A DNA stretch of 64,000 nt from Obrimoposthia wandeli (lineage: Eukaryota). The stretch covers positions 1 through 64,000 of the forward strand of contig CDROCS010000742.1 in the NCBI GenBank assembly GCA_977020255.1, given 5' to 3'. Position numbers and translations under genes: made by a program. Shown piece after piece: positions 53,480 to 64,000 of this stretch. The first letter of the stretch is position 1, and every line of letters begins with the position of its first letter. The notes beneath the pieces were generated by a model. The model was not told where the DNA came from. It was given only the letters and a program-made list of their open reading frames with translations, and did not search any database.

Positions 53480-53740
53480 TTTGTTTGTGAAATGAAACCC
53501 ACACCAATCTAGGTGTTAAGTACGATTTGCTGTAATCTACATGTTTGTAATGCGATTAAAGAAATTGTACAAGAGCCAGTGGTTAAGAAACTCCAAGTTG
53601 ATCGACTACATGCATATGTTAGGACTCGCGAAAAGCACAATCCAATGTTCTCCACACCGATTTGATGTATGTTTATTGCTGATATATCCCAAGGTTCTTA
53701 TTTTGTCCAACGCGTTAATTGAGATCTCAGCTGCAAACAA
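53480..53740 (-). pseudogene. Adenain-like (Polinton/Maverick-type) cysteine protease remnant
   Basis: LFAAE...GYISNKHTSNRCGEHWIVLF, then after frameshifts VVDQLG and DWCGF. This matches the His-Asp-Cys motif order of this family by eye. Confidence 0.5.
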
Positions 53741-54472
53741 GTTATATTGTTACCGTGAATAGTACTACATACCAAGGTAAAACATGGAAAATGGACATAC
53801 TTCATACAATTACCCATCTAATTTTCGTTATTTGAAATTCAGCCCAAAATTTCGTAAAACATTTGCAGGTCTAGGTAGCGCTTTTGTAACTTTATTTCTA
53901 GTCTCAAAATGCCTTGTTTCGGTAATTGCGCTGTATGAATATCAAGGTCAGGAACCATAACCCATGTGATAAATGGATTATTTAAAAATTATCTATGCTA
54001 CTAAAATTAATTACATTCTTGTCTATGTAACACATGCTTCTAATAATTGATTGAACATTAAACCATACTATTGCCTGCTCTGTTGCTTACTGGCTCGATC
54101 TTCAAACTGCTTTCGCAAGTCTCCTGAGAATCTCTGAGATATAAATGAATGTTTGATACAAACAAAATAGTTATTACTTCATCTATAATGTTGAGTAGAC
54201 CAAACATATGAAAATAGGTTGCAGTTGCAAATCACTCCAATCGACCCAAGATCGTAAAAACATTCAACACCCTATGATTGATATAGACAACTTTAGGAGT
54301 CCATGGCTACCTTAAACGAGTCATTGGACCATCAGATAGTCTGATGGAATTGATAGACAAACGGTTGAACAGGAAAGGCAGAAAATACAAATAGAAAATT
54401 TGTTTTTATTGCATAGAAATATTATTCACTTCCAAGAAAAAGAAATCGAATCCATCAGTCAGGCACAACGAA

Positions 54473-55598
54473 TCATCGATAACCATGAGTAGCACACGAT
54501 GATGTACAAAGTGGACTACACGGAGTTTTCCCATCAGCGTAGCAGCGACACCCTCCGCTTATGTCACCTTGGCCCTAACAACAAGATGGACCAATCACAA
54601 CACTTCACCACTGCATCATACCACAAGACACAGCATCCAAAGGCATCACACTTCACTACACTGAATCACAATGCATGACACAGCACCACATTGCACCCCA
54701 GTGCATGACACAGTATCCCAGTACAAGGCACAGCACCACACTTTACCACACTGAATCACATTACATGACACTTCACCACACTGCATCCTAGTGCAAGGCA
54801 CAACACCACACTGCACCCCAGTGCAAGGCACAGCACCACACTGCACCCCAGTGCAAGGCACAGCATCACAATGCATCCCAGAGCATGACATATCACCACA
54901 ATGTATTTTAATGCTAGACACATCACAATCCTACATCATACAGCACTACACAGCACCACACTGCAATAAACTACAGTACATCATACTGTAACATACTACA
55001 CAATTGCATGCATATACCCACTGACGTTAGGGCCCCATCGCGGAATCTGCAGAATCCAGCACAGCTCCATCTTGCAGTTGCTGCACTGGACGCAGTTGCA
55101 CCCTTGAGTCTTTTTGATCAAATTGAAGCAGTTTGTGCAGCGCATCAACTGCCGATTCTTGATTTGAATCTGCATGGTGCAGTCAGTTCAGCAAGGTCAC
55201 AGGAAACCGAATGTGAATAGATTCTCACCGATCTCGTGATGGCATCCTTGCCTGCCTTGGTGTTGCCTATCGTTTGCAGGAAGGCAGCACAGTCTGAGTA
55301 GCCAGGATGGGATTCCATACAGCGCTGACACTGCTCTCGACCGCAGCTTGGACAGATGTATTTCTCTGGACAGGCAGACGTCAGGGCGCACTGATAGCCA
55401 CAGTCGGCGCGGAGACAGAAGAACTTATGCGGCTTCTTGAAGAAGGCGACCAGGTCTGCGTTTTTGCAGTACTTGGAAAGCTCATCCCCAGTTAGCAGCT
55501 GGTTAATGACCGAGTCCAGGAGCAGCTGAGAGCAACCCTCACACGGACACATCCTTGGCACCTTGCTGGATAGTCGCGTGTGGTTGGTGCTACATTCT
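54473..55598 (-). CDS. RBCK1: RBCK1/HOIL-1-like RBR E3 ligase, last three exons (55229-55598, 55026-55169, 54473-54574), copy 2
   Basis: Same exon sizes as copy 1 (370/144/102 bp). RING2 is intact: GCNCVQCSNCKMELCWILQIPRWGPN|GQGDISGGCRC. The symbol denotes family likeness. Confidence 0.82.
54590..54995. repeat. Intronic CACCACACTGCA-type VNTR (expanded relative to copy 1)
   Basis: Degenerate 5/25-bp repeats; the intron is 210 bp longer than in copy 1. Confidence 0.88.
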
Positions 55599-57279
55599 CT
55601 GCGGTGTTCCAAATGAATGCATTCGAAACTTTTTTTATTGTTCGCTGAATGCGTGTAAACGTTTTCTACACTTATTTTACAACAGTGGTTCCCATATCGG
55701 ACGACTATAGGTTTCAGGGAGAGAAAGATGGATAATTTAGGGTGGCATGATCATTCAACTGGTTCATTAGCAGCCTGGGTTATGTATAGTCGATGTCGGG
55801 GCTATATGGCAATCTTAAATAAAGATGTGCCAATGTAATGACAATTACTTCAATTTTCCAGCAGCAACATCAGGCGGCAAAGAGTATGCATGTCTCTCTC
55901 AATATAGTCATTTCTGTCGTAAACAAAGTCCAAGCATACCCACATATTTTTCATCAGCTGTCTATGTACGACTGTTACAACACACAGAAGATGGGTGGCT
56001 CAATTGTACTAAGGAAATGAAAGTTTGGTAAACACTGTTGTAGTATATGAACATATCATTTCTAGCCAATATTCACACTCCAAGTCGAAATAGAATTATT
56101 TCGCGAATGACTACATCAAAAAAATACAAAACACGAGATCGTCGTAAAACTCCTTTCCAGTCTTGTGAGTCGATTTCACTCTCACCTGCAAACCATATGA
56201 CCAGCTTCACAAACTTTGATAATCTCAGACGTTTGGATGCTGCTTGAGCAGATAGGGCACGACATCACTGACATACTGTATAAAAGCACAAAGTTGTGAT
56301 AGAGCTCAAGTAATAGGTACATTTTAAATAATATATATTCAAATTTATAAAAATTATCAAAAAAACTGAATTACTTTATTTGAGAGAAAACATTTGATCG
56401 AAAATATCGAAAATACTTACATTTAAAACAGCGGAAGAAAAGCGATGGACCCGGATAATACAAAATTTTACGATACGAATTATAAAACTCCAAATTTACT
56501 GTTTGGGAAAGTTTAGAGAACTTCAAGGATTATTAAAAAATAAAACCATTGATAATAATTATTAAAAATAGTTACTTTTATATAAAATAATTCAACAAAA
56601 ATGTTTGTAATTAGTTTTTCATTAATGTCAATCAACAAAAATTAAGCATACTATATAGGAAACATTACAACTCTTGGAATATGGAATATATTACAATATG
56701 GAATTAACACGCACAGTCCATATGTGGGTTTGATAGACTCCCTGCTGATATAAATACTTAAAGCATTACTTTAGAGTACCGATTAGAGTGAAATATTATG
56801 AAAATTTCAATTACAATAGGTAGAATTCATTTAATCCAAAATTTTATTAATTTTATTAGATAATTGACTAACACTGAATTTCTTGATTAATAATAGTTTT
56901 AATAAATTTATTAACAGGAGAACATACCTGAATGATAAAGATAAATTACAACAAAATTGTTTTTTTTTTGTGAAAAAAATAATTAAATCAAAGAGTATTA
57001 ATATATATATATATATATATTTTTAAATAACTTGTATCAAAATTTCATAAAAGTGTTTGTTTTATATATAGAATTCATACCGAGTAATTGTTCTAACTCA
57101 CTGTGTCATAAATTATGTTGACTTTGAAAACAAGTATTTTTTAATTGCATAATAGAGGAAACTATTATACAATTACGTTTAAGTGATATTTAGAATATTG
57201 TAAAATTTTTATGTGTCAATAAAATACATTTTGGGAAATATTTCGGTAACATATTGAAATAACTTATTGTCTTTTCAAG

Positions 57280-59550
57280 TAGAGCCTAGTTCTCGTGATT
57301 TTCAATATATATCTTTTGTACTCTGACATATTCAGGTATATGCGCTTACACGGAACTGCTATTCGTTGCCCTCTTTCGCACCACAAGTATTATCTTTCCC
57401 ACAAATCTTTTATTTCTGCAATTGGACACAATGCTTCTTTTTCCTTACAGATGGAGTCCAGGCTATCATTCATATAGGTAGACTTTAGCACTGTCTCCGA
57501 AGTGCTCTGAAAAACTTCCTGATTATTCTCTGTATTTTTGCTTGTTATCAACTGAGCCAAGTTCATTCCAAAAACTAAACGAGAATATTCATAAGTACAA
57601 ACATTTCTCTCGTTGTCACGCCATAAAAATCGGTGCTACAAACCATCTTCTGATTTTAATGACACCTGTAAATACATTTCCAATATGTCACATACCAGTG
57701 AAATTTCAAACTTATGAAAACGCAAAAATATATCAAATAAATGTCCCTGAAGTTTTTGTGCTAGCTTCTGTCTAATCATTTAAACAAATTCCTTGGAACT
57801 TTGCAGAAACGTTAAATACTATCCAAACTTTCATTGTTTCTTTATTTCTTCTAATTACTGGAAAGTGTGGAATCAGCCACTTTGTTTCTTTCCTTTCTTT
57901 CTCAGCGATTTTTCGTACATAACCTTTTTAGATATGATCTTTTATCGTTGAGAAGTATTTTTTTCAATTATAAATCTTTATTAAGTCTACGTTCAATGCC
58001 ATATAATCGAGTTCTAACTAATTTTTAATTTGCTATGATATGTTTACGATCCTGCTTCCATGGTATTACTATCATCTATCTTACATTTTACAACTTAATG
58101 GACTCGAGTGTCTTATCCATGATTTTCTTGTCATTAATTGACTGCTGATCAAATGGGGAAACTAGTTTTTCTATTTCCCAAAATTTTCTTACTTGCTCTT
58201 AGTGTCGGCGTGCTATGTCTTTATAAAATTAGTTTGATGGCTAACCAAGACAATGTTGTCTAATTTTGCAAGAGATCCAACAAATGGTGTTAACCTTACT
58301 ATTGGTTCACCACTTCGCTCTTCTATTTTCATTATTGCCTTGTGTAGTTGAATATGGTCTGCAACAATGAGTACATCTGCTATGTTCTTACTCTTAAGCA
58401 ACAGAAATCTAATTGAATGTAAATAATGTTACTTTAGTTCATCTGTCTTCAAATTAATCACCTGAAAATCCCAAGTCACTTCCTTTACAGCCAACGCGTG
58501 GAATCTTGTCCTTTCTATATGTGCTCAATATCGTTATATCCACAGACAACGCCTGCATTCGCTCTGTTCATCCACCGATCATTCCGACTGGCACCCAAAC
58601 AGATCTTTCATTCAACTGCAGTTGGTGCCAAATATCAAGATTTACATAACTTATGGTGCTTGCATCATCTAATAGAGCATTTTCCAGAAGATATCTTCTT
58701 CTGCTTTAAAATATAATCTGTTTAATATAATCACTCCTTGCCGTATCTCTCTACTTCAACCACAAATGTTGCATCATCATAACTACTGCTTTGATTGACA
58801 TTCATGTTCTCTTTGTTTATTTTTACAAGTCATCTGTTTACACATCGTGGTGCTTTTATAATTATTTCTTAAGTTGCTTTTTTGCAAGCAATTACCTTAT
58901 AACTTCATCTCTCGAACTACCTTTTATTTATCACTGATGTGTAGCGCTTTAAAACCAAAACATTGGTCTAAATAATGATTCTTCCCACACTTGAAACATC
59001 TTTTCAGCCACTCATTTCTCTGTTCCATATTACTGCCTTCTTTATTACTAAAATTGGCTTTTTGATTCACTCGAATTACTGTTTTTTCTATACCTCTTTT
59101 CATATCCATTTCCTTTCTCAATTAATTAGCTTCCTCTTGAGCTCATATCATGAGCTTCTCTACTATTTAATTTCCACCTTTTCTTGCCTTTTAAAAGGTT
59201 ATTTCACCTTTCCAAATTGATGATTCCCACTTCTGAGAGTTTTTGTAGCATCTTTTGTAGTATAAATCCATTCCTTAATTCGTGTTCCCTTCCTAATTAT
59301 GTCAAACGTTGTTGTTATTTTTAACGATTATTCAAGACGCTCCATATCTTTACAATATCCATATTTAATAACGTTTAGCCTTTCAACATCTTCAAGTAAA
59401 CTCAAATAGCTTCTTTCTGTATCGCCATATTTTTCCCGAGATTCCTGTAGTTCTCCAAATATGTAGTTTTTGTTCATTTCATAGGTTTTTAATAACTCAG
59501 AATCGGGGTTTTGTTCAAGTAATTCTTGACTTTTGTGGCAGGTTTTAGTA
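57280..59550 (-). mobile_element. BEL/Pao LTR retrotransposon remnant (gag knuckle, protease, RT start)
   Basis: CFKCGKNHYLDQC knuckle; DVLIVAD...GEPIVRLTPF protease region; (L)PHFPVIRRNKETMKVWIVF RT motif. Heavily disrupted. Confidence 0.8.
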
Positions 59551-59989
59551 GAAGGTTATTTTAGTTCTTTGGGTTTGGGATTTTTCCTCTCAGTTGATTT
59601 GTATATTGGTTAATTTTAATTACGTTATCAAAGAAACCCCAATTTGGTGAAACCTGGGGTTATTTTTTTAATGAAGGTTTTAAATTTTATTTTCGTTGGG
59701 GTTTTAGAGATAAAAAACACCTTATATAGAAGTGTTTGTTTTTTTCTTCCTTTTTTGTGTCTTGGTAATTTGTAAATTTTATATCTAAATTTTTATGATT
59801 TTTTAAAATTAAAATTCTTTACTAGTGGAAGGGATTCAAAGGATTGAAAAAAAATAATTGACTTAAATATTTTAAGTAAAACTACAAGGAAATTTTTAAA
59901 ATCAAATCTAATTTAAGTTGTTTATTTAGGATTTAAAAGCCCAAAATGTTAATTTTATTATTAATGCTCACACTTCATTGTGTTTAACG

Positions 59990-60870
59990 AAATCTCTAAG
60001 ATTGTAACCCATTTTTGGCCACCAACAATAACTTTTGATTACATCTGTTTTCAATATATCCCATAGCCTTGTGGTTAACTCTGAATATCTACAGCCTAAC
60101 TTATGTTCAATATATCCAGCCATGCCCATAAACGTTCGTAACTGTGACTTGTTGGAGTAGGATATACCGCCATCACAACTTTCTCTGGGTCTTGTCCAAT
60201 TCCGCGTTCTGGCAAGACTTGATGTAATTTTTTTACTTCTTGTACTCTATATTTGCCCTCTCTTTGTTTATGTTACATTAAATTTTTGAGTCTAGTTGGT
60301 ACCTTTTCTAAATTCCAATCATGTTCTATCTGTGATCGTCCAAATACTAACAGGTCATCGACATAACAAATTATACCGTTTAATTCATTAATTAAATGCT
60401 CCATACATTTCTGAAAAACTTCAGGTGCTGAGCTCAGACTAAATAGAAGCCGTTTATGCCTAAATCGTCCAAACGGGGAACAAAATACGATATATTTTCG
60501 GCTCTCACCCTGCATTATGATCTGGTAATAACCTTTCTTCACATCTAGCTCCGGGATATATTTGGAACCGCTTAATTTACTCATGATTTCTTGCAATGAT
60601 GGCATCTGGAAATGTTCCCTCTTAACTACTGTATTCCCATACATAAAGTCCATACATAATCTGATGTCTCCATTCTTCTTCCTAACTGGAACTAATGGGG
60701 AACACTATTCATAATTCTCAGCTTCTTCAATTATGTCGTCTTCTAATAATTTATATATTCTCTCTTGAACCTCATCTTTTTATGCTGGAAATATTTTACG
60801 CGGATTACAACATTTAGAAACAGCCTGTGGATTGATATTTAATTTATAGGCCATACCATTTAGATAGTCA
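59990..60870 (-). mobile_element. Ty3/gypsy RT fragment
   Basis: SPLVPVRKKNGDIRLCMDF...LDVKKGYYQI...SAPEVFQ...YVDDLLVFG. Confidence 0.92.
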
Positions 60871-61799
60871 TTATTTTTCACATATTTTACAGTAATTTTA
60901 TAATCATCAAATATCACCAAAGAGTTGGAAGTAATTTTAAAACTTTTAAATTTTGGCGCAAAAAGTTTTGAAAGTTTAAAAAAACATATTTTAAATCTTT
61001 TTTGAAAATATATGAAAAAATAAAATTTTGAAAGTTTTGAACCTTTGTAGATTGATTTTTGAAAGTCTGTTCAAGTTGAAACCCGATTGACTTTAAAAAG
61101 TAGAAAAATCCAAAGGTTTCAAATCCTTGAAGGTTCGACCATCGAAAGTTTGACCACGGTCAGACCAAGCTTATCAAATATAACTTTGAAAAGTAGATTT
61201 TAAAAATGTTTGATCTTGGAAGAAGAACCCCATTAAGGTAGCAAGTAGGTTATAAATCGTTTTTCACACTTTCTAAGAGGCAACTACAACTAATATACCA
61301 TTTTGTTGATCATAAAATAGAAGTTCATTTAAAACTAATATATGCATAAATTATGCTAATTAGCACAAAATGGTTGCCATTTTGTAAAAAATAGGTGAAA
61401 TTTTGGTACAATCATGTGGTAAAACTTACCAACCAATGTATATCAAATTTGAAGAGAATACTCTTTAGATATATTATAAGGGAACTATGAAGCAATATTA
61501 CTGGAAAGGTGCAGCAGTTCTTCATAAATTATAATTTTCTTTTTTTTGGTCTGAAATTGTTGCATAATTACATATTTAATCAATAATAAATTTGGCAAAG
61601 TGGTACTTATCATAAAAACCTTTTCATAGATTCTTACGGTGACCTCTTGTACACAAGTAAACCAAATTTCATATCAATTGGTTCATTAGTTACAGATATT
61701 TCCTGTACCAAAGATCATAGATATGCTGAAAACATGAAATTGATAAAATCTGCAAACAGATTAGTAAACCCATTCAATGTCCGCCACTCTCATACACAT

Positions 61800-62170
61800 T
61801 GGCTTCTTCATGAGTATTTGTGTCTATAAGTTCTTTCATGATGGCTCTGAGTCTCTTCCTTTGTTTTTTACCTGGGTCTGATGATTTTATCTTTGCAAAG
61901 TATAGTCTGTCCTTATCACTAAACTTGGCCGCATCTTTAGTAAAAATCATATCCTAGATACCAAAATTATTCAATTGTTTTTAGATAGACACATTGCTAT
62001 CATTAAACATTGACACGCTGCTAAAGACAGCTTCCTCTAATGTTTGTCTTCCAACAAACACTACCTTTGAACATTGATCCCAAATGACCTTGTTCAAACA
62101 CTCATTGTTGTTTTGAGTCTTGCCATGAAGACATTTCTTCATTAAATTATCATCAGCAAATTCATAATAA
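61800..62170 (-). mobile_element. C-terminal transposase fragment, Mutator-like/Kolobok type
   Basis: KKCLHGKTQNNNECLNKVIWDQCSKVVFVGRQTLEEAV...FND; two stops. Confidence 0.65.
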
Positions 62171-63313
62171 AAATAAGTTTGGTCTCAAATTAGACTATAG
62201 TCATCGACAAAATTAATTGCATCGTTTGAAATGAAATTAAATTAAATAAGCACAAATAGGCGTTTCTAAGCCCCAAATGCGGTGCTATGGAGCCACGTCC
62301 ACCTAACAGGTGTGAAACTCTGCCCATATCTCAACGGGGGAGAGGTTTTTGTTGTTTTCTCATCGGAATTAGATTCTACGGTAATTTTTACATCAAGGAA
62401 CACTCAAATTGCAAAACCATGAAAGTACCAAAAAAATCGAAATTTAAAACCTTAAAAGAACCACCCTGCAAAAAACCATATTCTAAGAGCATCTTTGAAG
62501 AATCACCTACGAAGAATCTCTTTCAAAGAACCAGGGGCTAAAGTGGTCTTAAAAGTACTTGTATATTATAGGAAATGTCAAAACTGTAGATGTTCGACGG
62601 ACGATGAAGTCATCGTGCGTCATTTTGAGTAATCGATGACGTAACAGTCCGTCAAAATGAGTCATACCATAAGAAGGACAAAGGTAGCTATCCTTCGAAC
62701 GTCAATCCTTGCTTCGATCAGATGCCCGAAAATACGAACGTACTTGGGACAATGTCCCTGAAAAATGATATAATCGGGAGAATCTTGCATCGAATGGCAA
62801 CACGAAGTGCTCCCGTTCGTCGAGGAAGGATGTTCCAGGACGAGTCAGTGAAATATATTGCAGTAGGAATATTCCATTTCTTCTTCTTAATAGATGATCA
62901 ATATCTGCCACACTTTCATCATATAGATCTGCATCTCCCTTTATAAAGTTGTAGTGCGTAATAGATTATGAACAAGACAACTTTTCGTGCTACTTTTCTT
63001 CTTGAAAAATGTTTACCTATGGTCATAAACACGATACCTTTACACGTTAATGCCATTTCAGTCTTTGTTGTCTTTCTCAGATGTCAAACAAATTTATCGA
63101 CCCTCTAATTTAGTAATTACACAATGGACCTAAATTCATATCTTCTTTTTGTATTTTTACAAAAAATATATTCCAAAATTTTTTCACAAAAAACTGACTA
63201 CAAAACTTGGTGCAAACTATTTTTCTGACGTTCACTGCATAAATTTACAAACTGCTTTTAATACTACAACTTCACGATAGGTCAGGCTTTAATATAGCCA
63301 GACAATTAACTAA

Positions 63314-64000
63314 TGTTGGAAATATTTAAGCATATGAGGCAGTTTTTGAATAAATAAAACATATTAAAATTTAAATAAAATGAAATTAATTAATTAAGAA
63401 ATTTCCTTAATTAGGGAAATATTTTTGCAATTAAAATCTTTATGCATTTTTCATTTTTATTAACTCTTGTTCAATCCCCGACCGGCTTAACCGGTTTCGC
63501 CCTGTCGGGCTCATCAGGGAATGGCAGACTTATCTCTGACTTCGCGGTGGGCAAAATGCTCGCGAAGTCAGAGATAAGTTGGGAAGATTCTCCCTTTACC
63601 ATGTGCCGACGAGCATCGTCGACACATGGTATCAATGTGCATAAATAAAATCAAAAACACACACATATACAAATAAAATTACACAAACACATTCATACTT
63701 ACTTACTCACTTCTCACTATTCTCTTTCATCCTCACTTGCTCACTCACTCACATGTACTCATTAACCTACTCAATATGTATGTGTGTGAGATTAATTTAT
63801 TATTTTTCTCTGCCAAGAACCGCAGCCTCAGTGTGTTTGCGTGCCGGGGATCGACTGGTGCAGAGAGACTAAATATATGGATTTTCCTGCTGTATACACA
63901 GCATTATTATTTTTCCAGTATGAAAGCTGGTTGCGCTGTTGCAGAAGGGCAGAACCAGAAAATTATTATTAAATTAATCACAATTCAATAGTGGTATTTG
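63314..64000. mobile_element. Diverged hammerhead-bearing LTR; runs off the right edge
   Basis: TGTTGGAAATATT start, TTCCTTAATTAGGGAAA hairpin, hammerhead, two hairpins and CAGAAAATTATTATTA, all colinear with 49476-50250. Confidence 0.85.
63474..63522 (-). ncRNA. Type I hammerhead ribozyme; predicted cleavage between 63480 and 63479
   Basis: AUUCC-CUGAUGA-GCCC GACA GGGC-GAAA-CCGG uuaag CCGG-UC/GGGGAU. Confidence 0.92.

Larger units (their letters stand above)
54080..57260. repeat. Segmental duplication copy 2
   Basis: Colinear with 21540-26150. Confidence 0.9.

Noticed and set aside
61380-61790. Possible Helentron/DINE-like repeat
   Set aside because: Only a general resemblance; no diagnostic termini identified.
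62596-62653. Hammerhead-like arrangement GACG..GAUGAA-GUCAUCG/CGAUGAC-GUAAC-AGUC-CGUC
   Set aside because: Both core strands deviate from CUGANGA and GAAA, and stem III cannot form; a plain branched hairpin explains it.

Overview
AT-rich, transposon-dense animal (eukaryotic) DNA with spliceosomal introns; no rRNA, tRNA or CRISPR was found. The species cannot be determined from the sequence. 1-13.4 kb is a satellite (about 76/58-bp monomers) with layered higher-order repeats. The rest is a nest of mobile elements: a complete but frameshifted Buster/Charlie hAT with an 8-bp TSD, three Ty3/gypsy remnants, a BEL/Pao remnant, an R2/NeSL-like LINE fragment, Tigger-like and Mutator/Kolobok-like fragments, and several solo LTRs with 4-bp TSDs. 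Interspersed are three RBCK1/HOIL-1-like RBR E3 ligase copies and two RING-H2 remnants. The standout is an LTR-type family (TG...CA ends, 4-bp TSD) carrying type I hammerhead ribozymes on the minus strand at three loci: 18.9 kb (degenerate core), 46.0-49.7 kb (five in a ~910-bp tandem array, only the two outer ones with an intact stem I) and 63.5 kb. Their stems show compensatory base changes. A second solo-LTR family ends in a conserved three-way-junction fold. All protein identifications are by-eye motif recognition, not database searches.
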